Position numbers and translations under genes: made by a program. The notes under the pieces are model-generated. The model saw only the letters and a program-made list of their open reading frames with translations. It ran no database searches and was not told the DNA's origin. A DNA stretch of 64,000 nucleotides, from assembly GCA_964650645.1 (NCBI GenBank), contig CAZYUH010000001.1, forward strand, positions 283,032 through 347,031, read 5' to 3'. Positions 8,142 to 16,967 of the stretch are shown in pieces (position 1 is the stretch's first letter; every line of letters begins with the position of its first letter). The stretch is from an uncultured Candidatus Saccharibacteria bacterium (lineage in GTDB: Bacteria > Patescibacteriota > Minisyncoccia > Phycocordibacterales > SBAW01).

Positions 8142-10565
8142 ATGGCCAAAAAGGAGGCGAAAAAAGAGGAGCGGAAGCGGCTGGTCATCCTCGACACCCA
8201 TGCCATCCTGCACCGGGCGTACCACGCCCTGCCCGACTTCTCCTCGGGAAGGGGCGAGCCTACCGGCGCGCTGTACGGGCTCATTACGATGCTCGTGAGG
8301 ATAATCAACGACCTCAAGCCGGACTACATCGCCGCCGCGTACGACCTGCCCGGCGGCACGTTCCGGCACGCGGCATACGAGCACTACAAGGCCAACCGCA
8401 TCAAGGCCGACGACGACCTGTACGCGCAGATCAACCGCGCGCGCGACGTGCTGGGGGCGTTCGGCATCCCCGTGTACGACGCGGCGGGCTTCGAGGCCGA
8501 CGACGTGGTGGGCACTATTGCCGAGCAGGTGAAGAAAAAGAAGGGCGTGGATACCGTTATCGCATCGGGCGACCTCGACACGGTGCAGCTCGTGGACGGC
8601 ACGCAGACGCGCGTGTACACCCTGCGCAAGGGCCTGACCGATACGGTCTTCTATGACGAGGACGCGGTGCGGGCGCGCTTCGGCTTCGGGCCGGAGGCCA
8701 TACCGGACCTCAAGGGCATCGCGGGCGACGCCTCCGACAACATAAAGGGCGTGCCGGGCGTGGGCGAGGGGAGCGCGGTCAAGCTCCTGCAGGCGTACGG
8801 CAGCATAGAAAAGATATACGCGGCGATAAAGAAAGAGGGCGTCGAGAAGGTGGCGGAAAAGGCGGCCGTGCAGAAGCGCTTCGTACAGCTGGTGGCCGAC
8901 AACAAAGAAAGCGCCGAGTTCAGCAAGGAGCTAGCGACCATCAAGTGCGACGCGCCCGTTACGTTCACGATGCCTGAGAAGTCGTGGCATGAGGTTGCCG
9001 ACCAGGCAAAGATCATGGACATGCTCGCGGAATTCGATTTCCGCTCGCTGATGCCGCGGGTGAGGGAGATGCTCGGCTCCGGCGGGAATGGCGCGGAAGG
9101 CTTGGAGGAGTCTGGTGACGGGCTGGGTGGGGAGCCGGGGCAGGAGGGCATGTTCGGCGCCCCGCGCGAGGATGTGCCGCCCGAGGAATTGCATAAGGCG
9201 GCGCTCGCCGTGTCGGTCATCGACTCGAACATCGCCGAGCCCGACTACGACGACATTTTGCGCATGGGGCGGGCGGATACGTTCAACGAGGCGTACCAGG
9301 CCCTGCTTAAGGAGGTGTCCGCGCACGGGCAGGACTTCGTGTACTACCGGATGGAGCTTCCGCTTAGCCCGGTGCTGCGCCGCATGGAGGAGCGCGGCGT
9401 CCTGGTAGACACGGGCTTCCTGAAGAAGCTGTCCAAAGAGTACAAGGGCGAGCTCGATGCCATAAGCGAGCGTATCTACGCGCATGCGGGCGGCGAGTTC
9501 AATATAGGCTCGCCCAAGCAGCTGGGCGAGGTGCTGTTCGACAGGTTGGGGCTGGTTGCCAAGAAGAAGACCGCCGGCGGCCAGCGCTCCACGAAAGAAT
9601 CCGAGCTCCAGAAGCTCGCCGACGCGCATCCGATAATCGGGGACATTTTGGCGTACCGTGAGCTCTCGAAGCTCCTTTCAACGTACATCGATTCCATCCC
9701 GGCCCTGGTGGACGGCGAGAGCCGCCTGCACACGCGCTACGTGCAGATCGGCGCCGCGACCGGCCGCATCGCGTCCAAGGACCCGAACCTGCAGAACATC
9801 CCCGTAAAGACCGAGCTCGGCCGCCGTATCCGCCGCGCATTCGTGGCCAGCCCCGGCATGGCGCTCGTGTCGTTCGACTACAGCCAGATAGAATTGCGCA
9901 TCGCGGCGATACTCTCGGGGGACGAGGGGCTTCTGGACATTTTCCGCAACGGCCGCGACGTGCACGCCGAGGTCGCGGCGCGCGTCTTCGGCGCGGACAG
10001 CCCGCTTGATGCGCGCGAGCAGCGCCGCCGCGCAAAAGTCATCAACTTCGGCATCCTCTACGGCATGGGCATTACCGCGCTGCAGCAGGGCCTGGGCACC
10101 AGCCGCGCCGAGGCGCAGGCGTTCTATGACCAGTACTTCGAGGCGTTCCCCAAGCTGGCGGGCTACATAGAAGAGGTGAAGGGGCAGGCGAGCAGGCACG
10201 GCTACACCGAGACGATGTTCGGGAGGCGCCGCTACCTCGACGGCATCAAGTCGCCCATTCCGTACGTGCGCGCCGCGGCCGAGCGCATGGCGATAAACGC
10301 GCCAATGCAAGGGTCCCAGGCCGACATCATAAAGCTCGCGATGATTGATATAGACGCGATGCTCGGTACGGGCGCGGACGCCTACCAGCTCCTGCAGGTG
10401 CACGACGAATTGGTGTTCGAGATACGGAAGGACAAGGTGGCGGAGTACGCGCCGAAAATTAAGAAGATAATGGAAGACGCGTTGCCCGAGGACAAGCGCC
10501 AAGGCGTGCCCATCATCGCCGAGGGCAAGCAGGGGCCGACCTGGGGCGAGATGGAGAGGATATAG
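8142..10565 (+). CDS. polA: DNA polymerase I (5'-3' exonuclease + polymerase; proofreading domain reduced)
   Basis: HRAYHA, FEADDV, GDASDNIKGVPGVG, DPNLQNIP, DYSQIELR, AKVINFGILYG, QVHDELVFE. Confidence 0.97.
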   Translation: MAKKEAKKEERKRLVILDTHAILHRAYHALPDFSSGRGEPTGALYGLITMLVRIINDLKPDYIAAAYDLPGGTFRHAAYEHYKANRIKADDDLYAQINRARDVLGAFGIPVYDAAGFEADDVVGTIAEQVKKKKGVDTVIASGDLDTVQLVDGTQTRVYTLRKGLTDTVFYDEDAVRARFGFGPEAIPDLKGIAGDASDNIKGVPGVGEGSAVKLLQAYGSIEKIYAAIKKEGVEKVAEKAAVQKRFVQLVADNKESAEFSKELATIKCDAPVTFTMPEKSWHEVADQAKIMDMLAEFDFRSLMPRVREMLGSGGNGAEGLEESGDGLGGEPGQEGMFGAPREDVPPEELHKAALAVSVIDSNIAEPDYDDILRMGRADTFNEAYQALLKEVSAHGQDFVYYRMELPLSPVLRRMEERGVLVDTGFLKKLSKEYKGELDAISERIYAHAGGEFNIGSPKQLGEVLFDRLGLVAKKKTAGGQRSTKESELQKLADAHPIIGDILAYRELSKLLSTYIDSIPALVDGESRLHTRYVQIGAATGRIASKDPNLQNIPVKTELGRRIRRAFVASPGMALVSFDYSQIELRIAAILSGDEGLLDIFRNGRDVHAEVAARVFGADSPLDAREQRRRAKVINFGILYGMGITALQQGLGTSRAEAQAFYDQYFEAFPKLAGYIEEVKGQASRHGYTETMFGRRRYLDGIKSPIPYVRAAAERMAINAPMQGSQADIIKLAMIDIDAMLGTGADAYQLLQVHDELVFEIRKDKVAEYAPKIKKIMEDALPEDKRQGVPIIAEGKQGPTWGEMERI

Positions 10566-10567
10566 CC

Positions 10568-11116
10568 ATGCTGCAAGTCTTAGTCGGCAAAAAAGGAAAA
10601 GGGGAGGAGCTCAAGTGGGAAAGCATCTCGCAGGACGAGCTGCGCTCGCTGGCCTCGACCACGGGGCTCTTCGGCGAAGCCTCCGTATTCGTGCTTTCGG
10701 GCGCTATTAATTCCGCGCGCGGCGAGGAGTTCGTCGGCATGGCCGACGTTTTTATAGAGTCGCCGCACGCGTTCATCTTCGAAGAGGAGAAGCTTTTAAA
10801 GAAGGAAACCGACGCGCTGACCAGGGCGGGGGCGAAGATTGAAATACATAAGGCCGAAAAGAAGGCGTTTGCGTTCGACCAGTACGGCGTCGCCGCGGCG
10901 CTCGGCGCCAAGGACAAGAAGAAGCTGTGGCTCGGGCTGATGCAGAGCTTCAGGGCGGGGGAGAAAGCCGAAGCGGTGGCGGGGCTCATGGCCTGGAAGG
11001 CTCGCCAGATGCGCGACGCGAAGCTGTCGCGCGAGCTCGTGGTCCTGTACCACGACAGCCACAGGGGAGCGGGGGATTTGGAGCTCCTGCTGGAGCGCTT
11101 CGCACTGTCGCTTTAA
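10568..11116 (+). CDS. Probable DNA polymerase III delta subunit-like protein (short)
   Basis: GLFGE..VF.L segment and C-terminal 'H.GAGDLELLLERFAL' resemble HolA; lies directly after polA. Confidence 0.55.
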   Translation: MLQVLVGKKGKGEELKWESISQDELRSLASTTGLFGEASVFVLSGAINSARGEEFVGMADVFIESPHAFIFEEEKLLKKETDALTRAGAKIEIHKAEKKAFAFDQYGVAAALGAKDKKKLWLGLMQSFRAGEKAEAVAGLMAWKARQMRDAKLSRELVVLYHDSHRGAGDLELLLERFALSL

Positions 11117-11179
11117 TTGCAGTTCCTGCGCTTGGGAGATACTATCCTTCGTAGAAGCACCAACGAAAGGGTAATAAAG

Positions 11180-12010
11180 ATGGATATAACCGCGCTTGCC
11201 AGGGACGGGTTCGTCTCAGTCGCGTATCCGGCGGCCCTGCGGCCTGTCGTGGCTAAAGCGATGGGTTCTTGGCAGGAGTTCTGCACCTTGCCGGACAGGA
11301 AGAAGAGCCTGCTTTCCGGCGGCGACCGGCTCAGGGATCTGGGCTACATGCGCCGGCAAGACCGGGGGAAGCGGGCCGACAACAAGGAGCTCTTCCATGC
11401 AAAGCTCTCCACGCTCGACATGCTCAACGGGCAGGCGAAGCTTCTTGAGGATAGGCGCGCGCTTGAGTTCATGTACGCCACGAGCGAGCTTATAGTGGCG
11501 GTATTGCCGCTTATTCGCGAGTTTGCTGCGGATGTGGAGAGCCGCTTCGGTCTCCCTGGCTTTGCCAAAGAGGTCGAGCAAAGCCAGCGGCATTGGACCT
11601 TCCGGTACCTCCACTACCTGGGCGGCGAGATGCTCGCGCATCCGCACGCCGACCGGGGCGGCTTCACCTTCCATATGTACGAGGATGCGCCGGGCGGAGA
11701 ATACCTTGACCATGGCGGTGCGTGGCAAGCGTGGCCTGTCGATCATGAGCGGACTATTATCTTCCCGAGCATGGGGTTGCAGTACCGCTCGCGCGGCAAG
11801 TTGAAGGCCTTGTGGCACCAGGTGGTGCCGACGCCGGAAACCCGCGTTAGCGGGCGGTATTCCATGGTGGCGTTCATAGACTTCGCCATGGGTCATCGCT
11901 ATAACGACGCGATAAGGAGGGTTCAGGATTTCAGTCCGGGCTTTAACTACGCCATGGGACGGGAAGAATTCGAGAGCCTTTTTATCCCTGCAGAATCGCA
12001 GACGGTTTAA
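11180..12010 (+). CDS. 2-oxoglutarate/Fe(II) oxygenase, isopenicillin-N-synthase-like
   Basis: RYLHY, HxD (HPHADRGGFT), distal H (LWHQV), RxS (GRYSM). Start assigned after the AAAGGG purine-rich site. Confidence 0.8.
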   Translation: MDITALARDGFVSVAYPAALRPVVAKAMGSWQEFCTLPDRKKSLLSGGDRLRDLGYMRRQDRGKRADNKELFHAKLSTLDMLNGQAKLLEDRRALEFMYATSELIVAVLPLIREFAADVESRFGLPGFAKEVEQSQRHWTFRYLHYLGGEMLAHPHADRGGFTFHMYEDAPGGEYLDHGGAWQAWPVDHERTIIFPSMGLQYRSRGKLKALWHQVVPTPETRVSGRYSMVAFIDFAMGHRYNDAIRRVQDFSPGFNYAMGREEFESLFIPAESQTV

Positions 12011-12015
12011 CGCTC

Positions 12016-12047
12016 AATGCGCGGCTTCCAAGCCGCGCATTATTTTT
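12016..12047 (+). terminator. Intrinsic terminator
   Basis: AATGCGCGGCTT-cc-AAGCCGCGCATT followed by ATTTTT. Confidence 0.75.
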
Positions 12048-12171
12048 ATGGAAGGATAGGGTGATTTTTGCTATAGTGCTGTCAATCCGCAAGGATACGC
12101 GTTCTGGAGAGATGCTAAGAACGCTCGTTCGGGGTATTCAAACGCAAGCGCGTTTGCTGCCAGTTCCGCTC

Positions 12172-12244
12172 GCGCCTATAGCTCAGTCGGTAGAGCAGCT
12201 CCCTTTTAAGGAGACGGTCCCTGGTTCGAGTCCAGGTGGGCGCA
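12172..12244 (+). tRNA. tRNA-Lys (TTT)
   Basis: Cloverleaf GCGCCTA..TGGGCGC-A, anticodon loop CTTTTAA, GGTTCGAGTCC T-arm; CCA not encoded. Confidence 0.95.
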
Positions 12245-12375
12245 CAAGGTCAAAAAGGCGGACCGCTCCGCCTTTTTGCATGCTTGTGCGGGCCGGAGCG
12301 TTGTATCGCATTTGCGGCACCGCGAGGCAGGGTCGTGCGGCAATTTGTACGACGGTACAAATTGAACGCCTGACC
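12245..12375 (+). repeat. tRNA-trailer three-hairpin element (1 unit)
   Basis: Hairpin A + GCCGGAGCG..CGCGAGGC + AGGGTCGTGCG..GACG..CGCCTGACC; homologous to elements behind other tRNAs. Confidence 0.85.
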
Positions 12376-12411
12376 ACTCGTGCAAACCGGTCCGACTTGC
12401 GGCAATGGGAA

Positions 12412-12879
12412 TCAGCGCAGGAGCGCGTACAGCGCGACGCCGCAGGCGACGGAGACGTTGAGCGAGTGCTTCTGCCCGCGCATGGGGATTTCAAGCACCT
12501 CGTCGCACAGCGCGAGTTCCTCGGGCGCGATGCCGTCCACCTCGTTGCCGAGCACGAGCGCGATCTTCTCACCCGCTTCGGGCTTGTAATCGAATATGTC
12601 CGCCGCGCCTTCCGCAAGCTCTATCGCCAGCACTGTGTAGCCGTCGGCCTTAAGCGCGGCAATAGCGTCGCGCAGTTCCGGCTCGCGCGAGTAGGGGACG
12701 AAGCGCTGGGCGCCAAGTGCCACCTTTGCAAAATCGGCGCGCTCGCGGCCCGCGGGGTCGAGATGGTCGGGAGTGTAGCCGCACAGCACGATGCGCCCCA
12801 CCCCCGCGCCGTCGGCGGTGCGGAACATGCTCCCCACGTTGTGGGCCGAGCGGATATTATGAAGCACGAGGACCGGCAT
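12412..12879 (-). CDS. SpoU/TrmH family RNA methyltransferase
   Basis: LHNIRSAHNVGSMFRTAD, LVLGNEVDG, IPMRGQKHSLNVSVA. Confidence 0.93.
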   Translation of the reverse strand: MPVLVLHNIRSAHNVGSMFRTADGAGVGRIVLCGYTPDHLDPAGRERADFAKVALGAQRFVPYSREPELRDAIAALKADGYTVLAIELAEGAADIFDYKPEAGEKIALVLGNEVDGIAPEELALCDEVLEIPMRGQKHSLNVSVACGVALYALLR

Positions 12880-12897
12880 GCGCCCACACTAGCAGAT

Positions 12898-13293
12898 TTA
12901 CAAAGGAAGGTCTTGCGCGAAGGCGCCCGCGCCAGAAAGGACGAGCGAAAGCGAGATGACGAGCATGAGGAGCCCGGCGGCGCGGCCCAGCGGGAAGAGG
13001 AGCGGATAGCGGCGCGCCCAGAACGTGTGCTTGAGGGAGATGAGGGCGCCAACCAGGGCGGCTACCTGCGTGTACAGTCCTATGACGAGCAATGCGGCCA
13101 CGGCGGCATGCGCCGCCACGGAGAACCATACCCACCAGCCGCCGCGGCCTACGACCGGCAGGTCTACCTGCGCTATTTGGTCGCGGCGGGCCCATTGCAG
13201 GTACGCGGCGGCCGCGAGCGCGGCGGCGAGGCCCAAGCGCAGCAAAAGCGGCGCGAGGAAGGGGATGAGGAGGCCGGGGAATACGTTCAGCAT
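12898..13293 (-). CDS. DoxX-like membrane protein
   Basis: Four hydrophobic segments; LLVIGLYTQVAA and SGAGAFAQD motifs. Confidence 0.75.
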   Translation of the reverse strand: MLNVFPGLLIPFLAPLLLRLGLAAALAAAAYLQWARRDQIAQVDLPVVGRGGWWVWFSVAAHAAVAALLVIGLYTQVAALVGALISLKHTFWARRYPLLFPLGRAAGLLMLVISLSLVLSGAGAFAQDLPL

Positions 13294-13295
13294 GG

Positions 13296-13520
13296 CTATT
13301 GGTTCGCGGCGGGAATCATGGGGTTAGGCTGGCCCACCTCCGGGCCGTAGGCGTTGCCGGGGCCCACGGGCGCGGGGGGTGCCAGGAACATGCCGCGCAG
13401 GTCGGAGCGCTCAGGCCCGCCGTTGGCGAACCAGAGGATTACTAAAATGGCCAATATGCCGAGGATGGAGAGCGCCGCCTGGGCCGCAGTCTGCCCTCCT
13501 TCTTTCTTTTCTTCTGCCAT
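13296..13520 (-). CDS. Small single-TM hypothetical protein
   Basis: One TM helix and a Pro-rich tail; tightly coupled to the next gene. Confidence 0.7.
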   Translation of the reverse strand: MAEEKKEGGQTAAQAALSILGILAILVILWFANGGPERSDLRGMFLAPPAPVGPGNAYGPEVGQPNPMIPAANQ

Positions 13521-13569
13521 GGTTTGGTCGAAATTAGGCCGCGTAACGTCCTTATGACGCGGCGACCCT

Positions 13570-14823
13570 TTAAGTATACCCGAGCTTTATAAGCTCTTCT
13601 TCCGCGACCTGCGCGTCGCTCCAGGCCTGCTTGGCGCCGTTCGGGCCCATGATGTAGGGGTCGGTGCCCTTGCCGGTTATGAGCACCGCGTCGTCCGCGT
13701 CCTTCGCCTCGGCCAGCGCCTCGGCGATAGCCTGGCGGCGGTCCATGGTGACGCGCGGCGCCCTGTTCGTGAAGCCTGCCGAGAGCTCTTCGATGATTTT
13801 CTTCGGGTCCTCGTCGTACGGGTCCTCGTCGGTGAGTATCGCGATATCGCACATCGCGTCGGCCATGGCGCCCATCTCGGGGCGCTTCCATGCGTCGCGC
13901 CCGCCGCCTGTCGAACCCAGCACGCACACGAGGCGCTTGCCCGCGCCGGCGTAGGTGTCGTACAGGGCCTTGAGGCTGTCGGGCGTGTGCGCGTAGTCGA
14001 CGACGACCGTGAACGGCTGGCCCTGCTCGATGCGCTGGGCGCGGCCCGCGACCGGCTGGACGCGCTCGAGCGCCTGCTTCATCTTTTCCGTGCCGAGCCC
14101 GAGCGCTTGGCCGAGCGCGAGCGCGGCGAGGCAGTTCTTGAGGTTGAACAGGCCGGGGAGGGGGACGGAGAACAGGACGTTCTTCCAGACGAAGCGCGCG
14201 CTCCTGTCGTCGGCGGTGTAGGGCTCGGCGTCCTTCAGCGAGAACGGCGCGCGTATGTCGGCGTCGACCGCGAGGAACTCGGCGCCGTACGCGTCGTCGG
14301 CGTTGGCCACGATGATGCGCGGGCGCTTGGGAGAGGCCGAAACCGCGCGAGCGAGCGAGAGCTTCGCGTCGGCGTACGCCTCGAAGCTGCCGTGCCGCTC
14401 GATGTGCTCGGGCGCGAGGTTGGTGAACACGAGCGCGTCGAGCTCCACTCCGGCGTGGCGGTGCTGGAGCGCGCCCTCGCTCGTAAGCTCCACGACGGCG
14501 TGCGTGCATCCGGCGTCGGCGGCCTGCCGCAGGAACTTCTGCAGGTAGCCGCGGCCGGGCATCGTCATCTTAAAGAGGTTGCGCTCGACGGCGTCGCCTA
14601 TCATGAAGCGGATGGTCGAGGCGAGCGCCACCTGGTGGCCGGTGCCGGCGAGCATGTGGCGTATGATTTCCGAGGTGGTGGACTTGCCTTTGGTGCCCGT
14701 GACGCCGATGACGACGAGCCGGCGCGAAGGGCGGCCGTACCACCACGCGGAGCCGTGGGCCCATGCCAGGTGGTAGGCGCTGAGCAGCCAGTCGGGCGTC
14801 ATGGAAAGTATGAGATTCTTCAT
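13570..14823 (-). CDS. murE: UDP-N-acetylmuramyl-tripeptide synthetase (Mur ligase)
   Basis: GVTGTKGKSTT, FTNLAPEHIERH, VDYAHTPDSL, GGRDAWKRP, LITGKG. Confidence 0.9.
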   Translation of the reverse strand: MKNLILSMTPDWLLSAYHLAWAHGSAWWYGRPSRRLVVIGVTGTKGKSTTSEIIRHMLAGTGHQVALASTIRFMIGDAVERNLFKMTMPGRGYLQKFLRQAADAGCTHAVVELTSEGALQHRHAGVELDALVFTNLAPEHIERHGSFEAYADAKLSLARAVSASPKRPRIIVANADDAYGAEFLAVDADIRAPFSLKDAEPYTADDRSARFVWKNVLFSVPLPGLFNLKNCLAALALGQALGLGTEKMKQALERVQPVAGRAQRIEQGQPFTVVVDYAHTPDSLKALYDTYAGAGKRLVCVLGSTGGGRDAWKRPEMGAMADAMCDIAILTDEDPYDEDPKKIIEELSAGFTNRAPRVTMDRRQAIAEALAEAKDADDAVLITGKGTDPYIMGPNGAKQAWSDAQVAEEELIKLGYT

Positions 14824-14831
14824 CGGTGTGG

Positions 14832-15425
14832 TTATGCGGCGCGGCGCGTACCCAGGCGGCGCAAGGCGGCGCCCAGTCTTTCCTTAATGTTGCCCGCGCC
14901 TTCCGCGCCGATGGCGCGCAGGGCCTCGCGGCTCTCCTGGGAGCGGTAGCCGAGCGCCATGAGGGCCTCGATGACCTCGCCGTCGTCGCCCGACAATGTG
15001 TCGGCTTCGGCGGGCCTCTGCGCCTGCTCAAGCGAGAACGCGTCGCGCAGCTCGACCACGATGCGCTCGGCGCTCTTCTTGCCGATGCCGAAGACCTTGG
15101 TGAGCGCCGCCGCGTCGCCCGCGGCTATCGAGCGCTTGAGGCTCTTTATGTCCGATACGTTGAGCACGCCGAGCGCGGTCTTGGGCCCTATGCCCGACAC
15201 GCCCGTGAGCTGCCTGAAGAAGGAAAGCTCCTCCTTGGCGGCGAAGCCGAAGAGGTCCAAAGCGTCCTCGCGCACCGAAGTGTGTATATATAAGGAAAGC
15301 AGCGTGCCCGGCGGGGTGGAAAGAGTATAGAAGGGGACCCGTACCGCGTAGCCCACGCCGCCCACCTCGATGAGTCCCATGCCGTCCTCTGAGCCGCCCC
15401 AGGTGCCCGTGAGCTTGCCTATCAT
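14832..15425 (-). CDS. ruvA: Holliday junction branch migration protein RuvA
   Basis: GGVGY, VREDALDLFGF, VSGIGPKTAL, GIGKKSAERIVVEL, ALMALGY. Confidence 0.97.
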   Translation of the reverse strand: MIGKLTGTWGGSEDGMGLIEVGGVGYAVRVPFYTLSTPPGTLLSLYIHTSVREDALDLFGFAAKEELSFFRQLTGVSGIGPKTALGVLNVSDIKSLKRSIAAGDAAALTKVFGIGKKSAERIVVELRDAFSLEQAQRPAEADTLSGDDGEVIEALMALGYRSQESREALRAIGAEGAGNIKERLGAALRRLGTRRAA

Positions 15426-15518
15426 GCGTATAAGTGTACAGGCATCGCGGGCCGGGTGCTAGCCAAACCCCTCAGCCTATTGCCTAAAACGCCCCTGTGC
15501 GGTAGTATCCGCGTACAT

Positions 15519-15764
15519 ATGGCAATTACCAAATCGGCAAAGAAGGCCCACCGCCAGTCCCTGCGCAAGAAGGCCCAGAACGCCAAGCGCCGCGACGGCC
15601 TGCGCACGGCCATGAGGACCGCCCGCACGGGCGAGAAGGGCGACGCGAAGACCCTGTCCGAGGCCTACAAGGCTATAGACAAGGCCCTCAAGCGCGGCAT
15701 CATAAAGAAGAACACGGCGGCCCGCCGCAAGGCCCTCGCCTCCAAGCTCCTCAAGAAGGCCTAG
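15519..15764 (+). CDS. rpsT: 30S ribosomal protein S20
   Basis: MAITKSAKKAHRQS...IDKALKRGIIKKNTAARRK. Confidence 0.96.
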   Translation: MAITKSAKKAHRQSLRKKAQNAKRRDGLRTAMRTARTGEKGDAKTLSEAYKAIDKALKRGIIKKNTAARRKALASKLLKKA

Positions 15765-15792
15765 CAAAAACTCCCCGTCCGGGGAGTTTTTG
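15765..15792 (+). terminator. Intrinsic terminator
   Basis: CAAAAACTCCCC-gtcc-GGGGAGTTTTTG. Confidence 0.8.
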
Positions 15793-15811
15793 GTATATAG
15801 TCCTGGAGTAC

Positions 15812-15883
15812 GCTCCTGTCGTTCAATGGATAGGATGCCTCCCTCCGAAGGAGGCGATGCAGGTTCGATTCCTGCCGGGAGCA
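15812..15883 (+). tRNA. tRNA-Arg (CCG)
   Basis: Cloverleaf; anticodon arm CCTCC-CTCCGAA-GGAGG. Confidence 0.95.
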
Positions 15884-15926
15884 CAGCGTTTACTAAACAC
15901 GGTTTCTGGGTTAATCTTGCCTTGAC

Positions 15927-15998
15927 GCTCCCGTCGTTCAATGGATAGGACGCAAGCTTGCGGAGTTTGTGATGTAGGTTCGATTCCTACCGGGAGCA
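15927..15998 (+). tRNA. tRNA-Arg (GCG)
   Basis: Cloverleaf; anticodon arm CAAGC-TTGCGGA-GTTTG. Confidence 0.93.
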
Positions 15999-16432
15999 CA
16001 AATCAGACACAAAACCAGCCCTGCGGCTGGTTTTGTGCTATTTGTGAGCCGGAGCGATGATTCGCCAGCGGGCGAATCCGCGAGGCAGGGTCGTGCGGCA
16101 ATGCGCGCGACGGCGCGCATTGAACGCCTGACCAAAAGACACAAAGAACCGCCTTGAGGCGGTTTTTGTGCTTATGTGCTGGCCGAAGCCATGTCCTGCA
16201 CTTGCAGGACGGCGAGGCGGGGTCGCGAGGCGTTTGCGCGACGGTGCAAACGAACTCGTGACCACAAAAAACACAAAACCAGCCCTGCGGCTGGTTTTGT
16301 GCTATTTGTGAGCCGGAGCGATGATTCGCCAGCGGGCGAATCCGCGAGGCAGGGTCGTGCGGCAATGCGCGCGACGGCGCGCATTGAACGCCTGACCAAA
16401 AGACACAAAACCGCCTTGAGGCGGTTCTGTGC
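15999..16432 (+). repeat. Tandem array of three tRNA-trailer elements plus closing hairpin
   Basis: Units end with TGACC at 16133, 16263 and 16397; 16007-16145 is repeated exactly at 16271-16409. Confidence 0.92.
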
Positions 16433-16452
16433 TACTTGCGACTATAGTAAAA

Positions 16453-16932
16453 CTAAAGCCCGAAGAGTTCCGCGAGGTGCTCGCCCAGGTGGGCGTCCTG
16501 CTCGACCTCCTGCGCGTGGCGGCGCATGAAGGCGCGCACGTTCTGCGCGCGGGTCCCGACGCCAAGCGGTATCACGAGCTGGGGCGAGAGCATCCCGCTC
16601 GTCGTCACGAGCATCCGCGCCTCGCGGGCCTCGGTTTCGGGCTGGACCCAGAAGGATTGTATAGCGGAGAAGCGGTAGAGCGTGCCGTCCACGGAAAGCC
16701 CGCGGCTGTCGAGGCGCATGCTGTGCTCGCGGGGCCCGCGCGCGGCGAGCACGCCGATAGAGCCCGCGCCTACGGCGATGACGACCGCGAACAATATGTT
16801 GCCGAAGAACAGCGAGAGGCCCGCCGCCGCCGCCGCGCCCAGTCCCAGGCCCCAGTACCAGTCGGCGCTGCGCTCGCGGTGCTCGTGGGTGAGCACGTTC
16901 CAGGATATGCCTTGTCCTTCGTGGCCGCTCAT
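16453..16932 (-). CDS. Conserved hypothetical membrane protein (two TMs plus a PH-like soluble part)
   Basis: HRERSADWYW, two TM helices. Start chosen at the ATG 7 nt after TATACT. Confidence 0.8.
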   Translation of the reverse strand: MSGHEGQGISWNVLTHEHRERSADWYWGLGLGAAAAAGLSLFFGNILFAVVIAVGAGSIGVLAARGPREHSMRLDSRGLSVDGTLYRFSAIQSFWVQPETEAREARMLVTTSGMLSPQLVIPLGVGTRAQNVRAFMRRHAQEVEQDAHLGEHLAELFGL

Positions 16933-16967
16933 TGCTGTAAGTATACCCCCTGCGCTAGTATGGGCGC

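Noticed and set aside
15999-16432. CRISPR array interpretation of the tandem repeats
   Set aside because: Units are ~130 nt and fully structured, with no short constant repeat plus unique spacer pattern and no cas genes.
15938-16565. ORFs overlapping tRNAs and trailer repeats (also 19094-19926, 21386-21874, 22564-23007)
   Set aside because: They are translations of RNA genes and repeats with no protein motifs.
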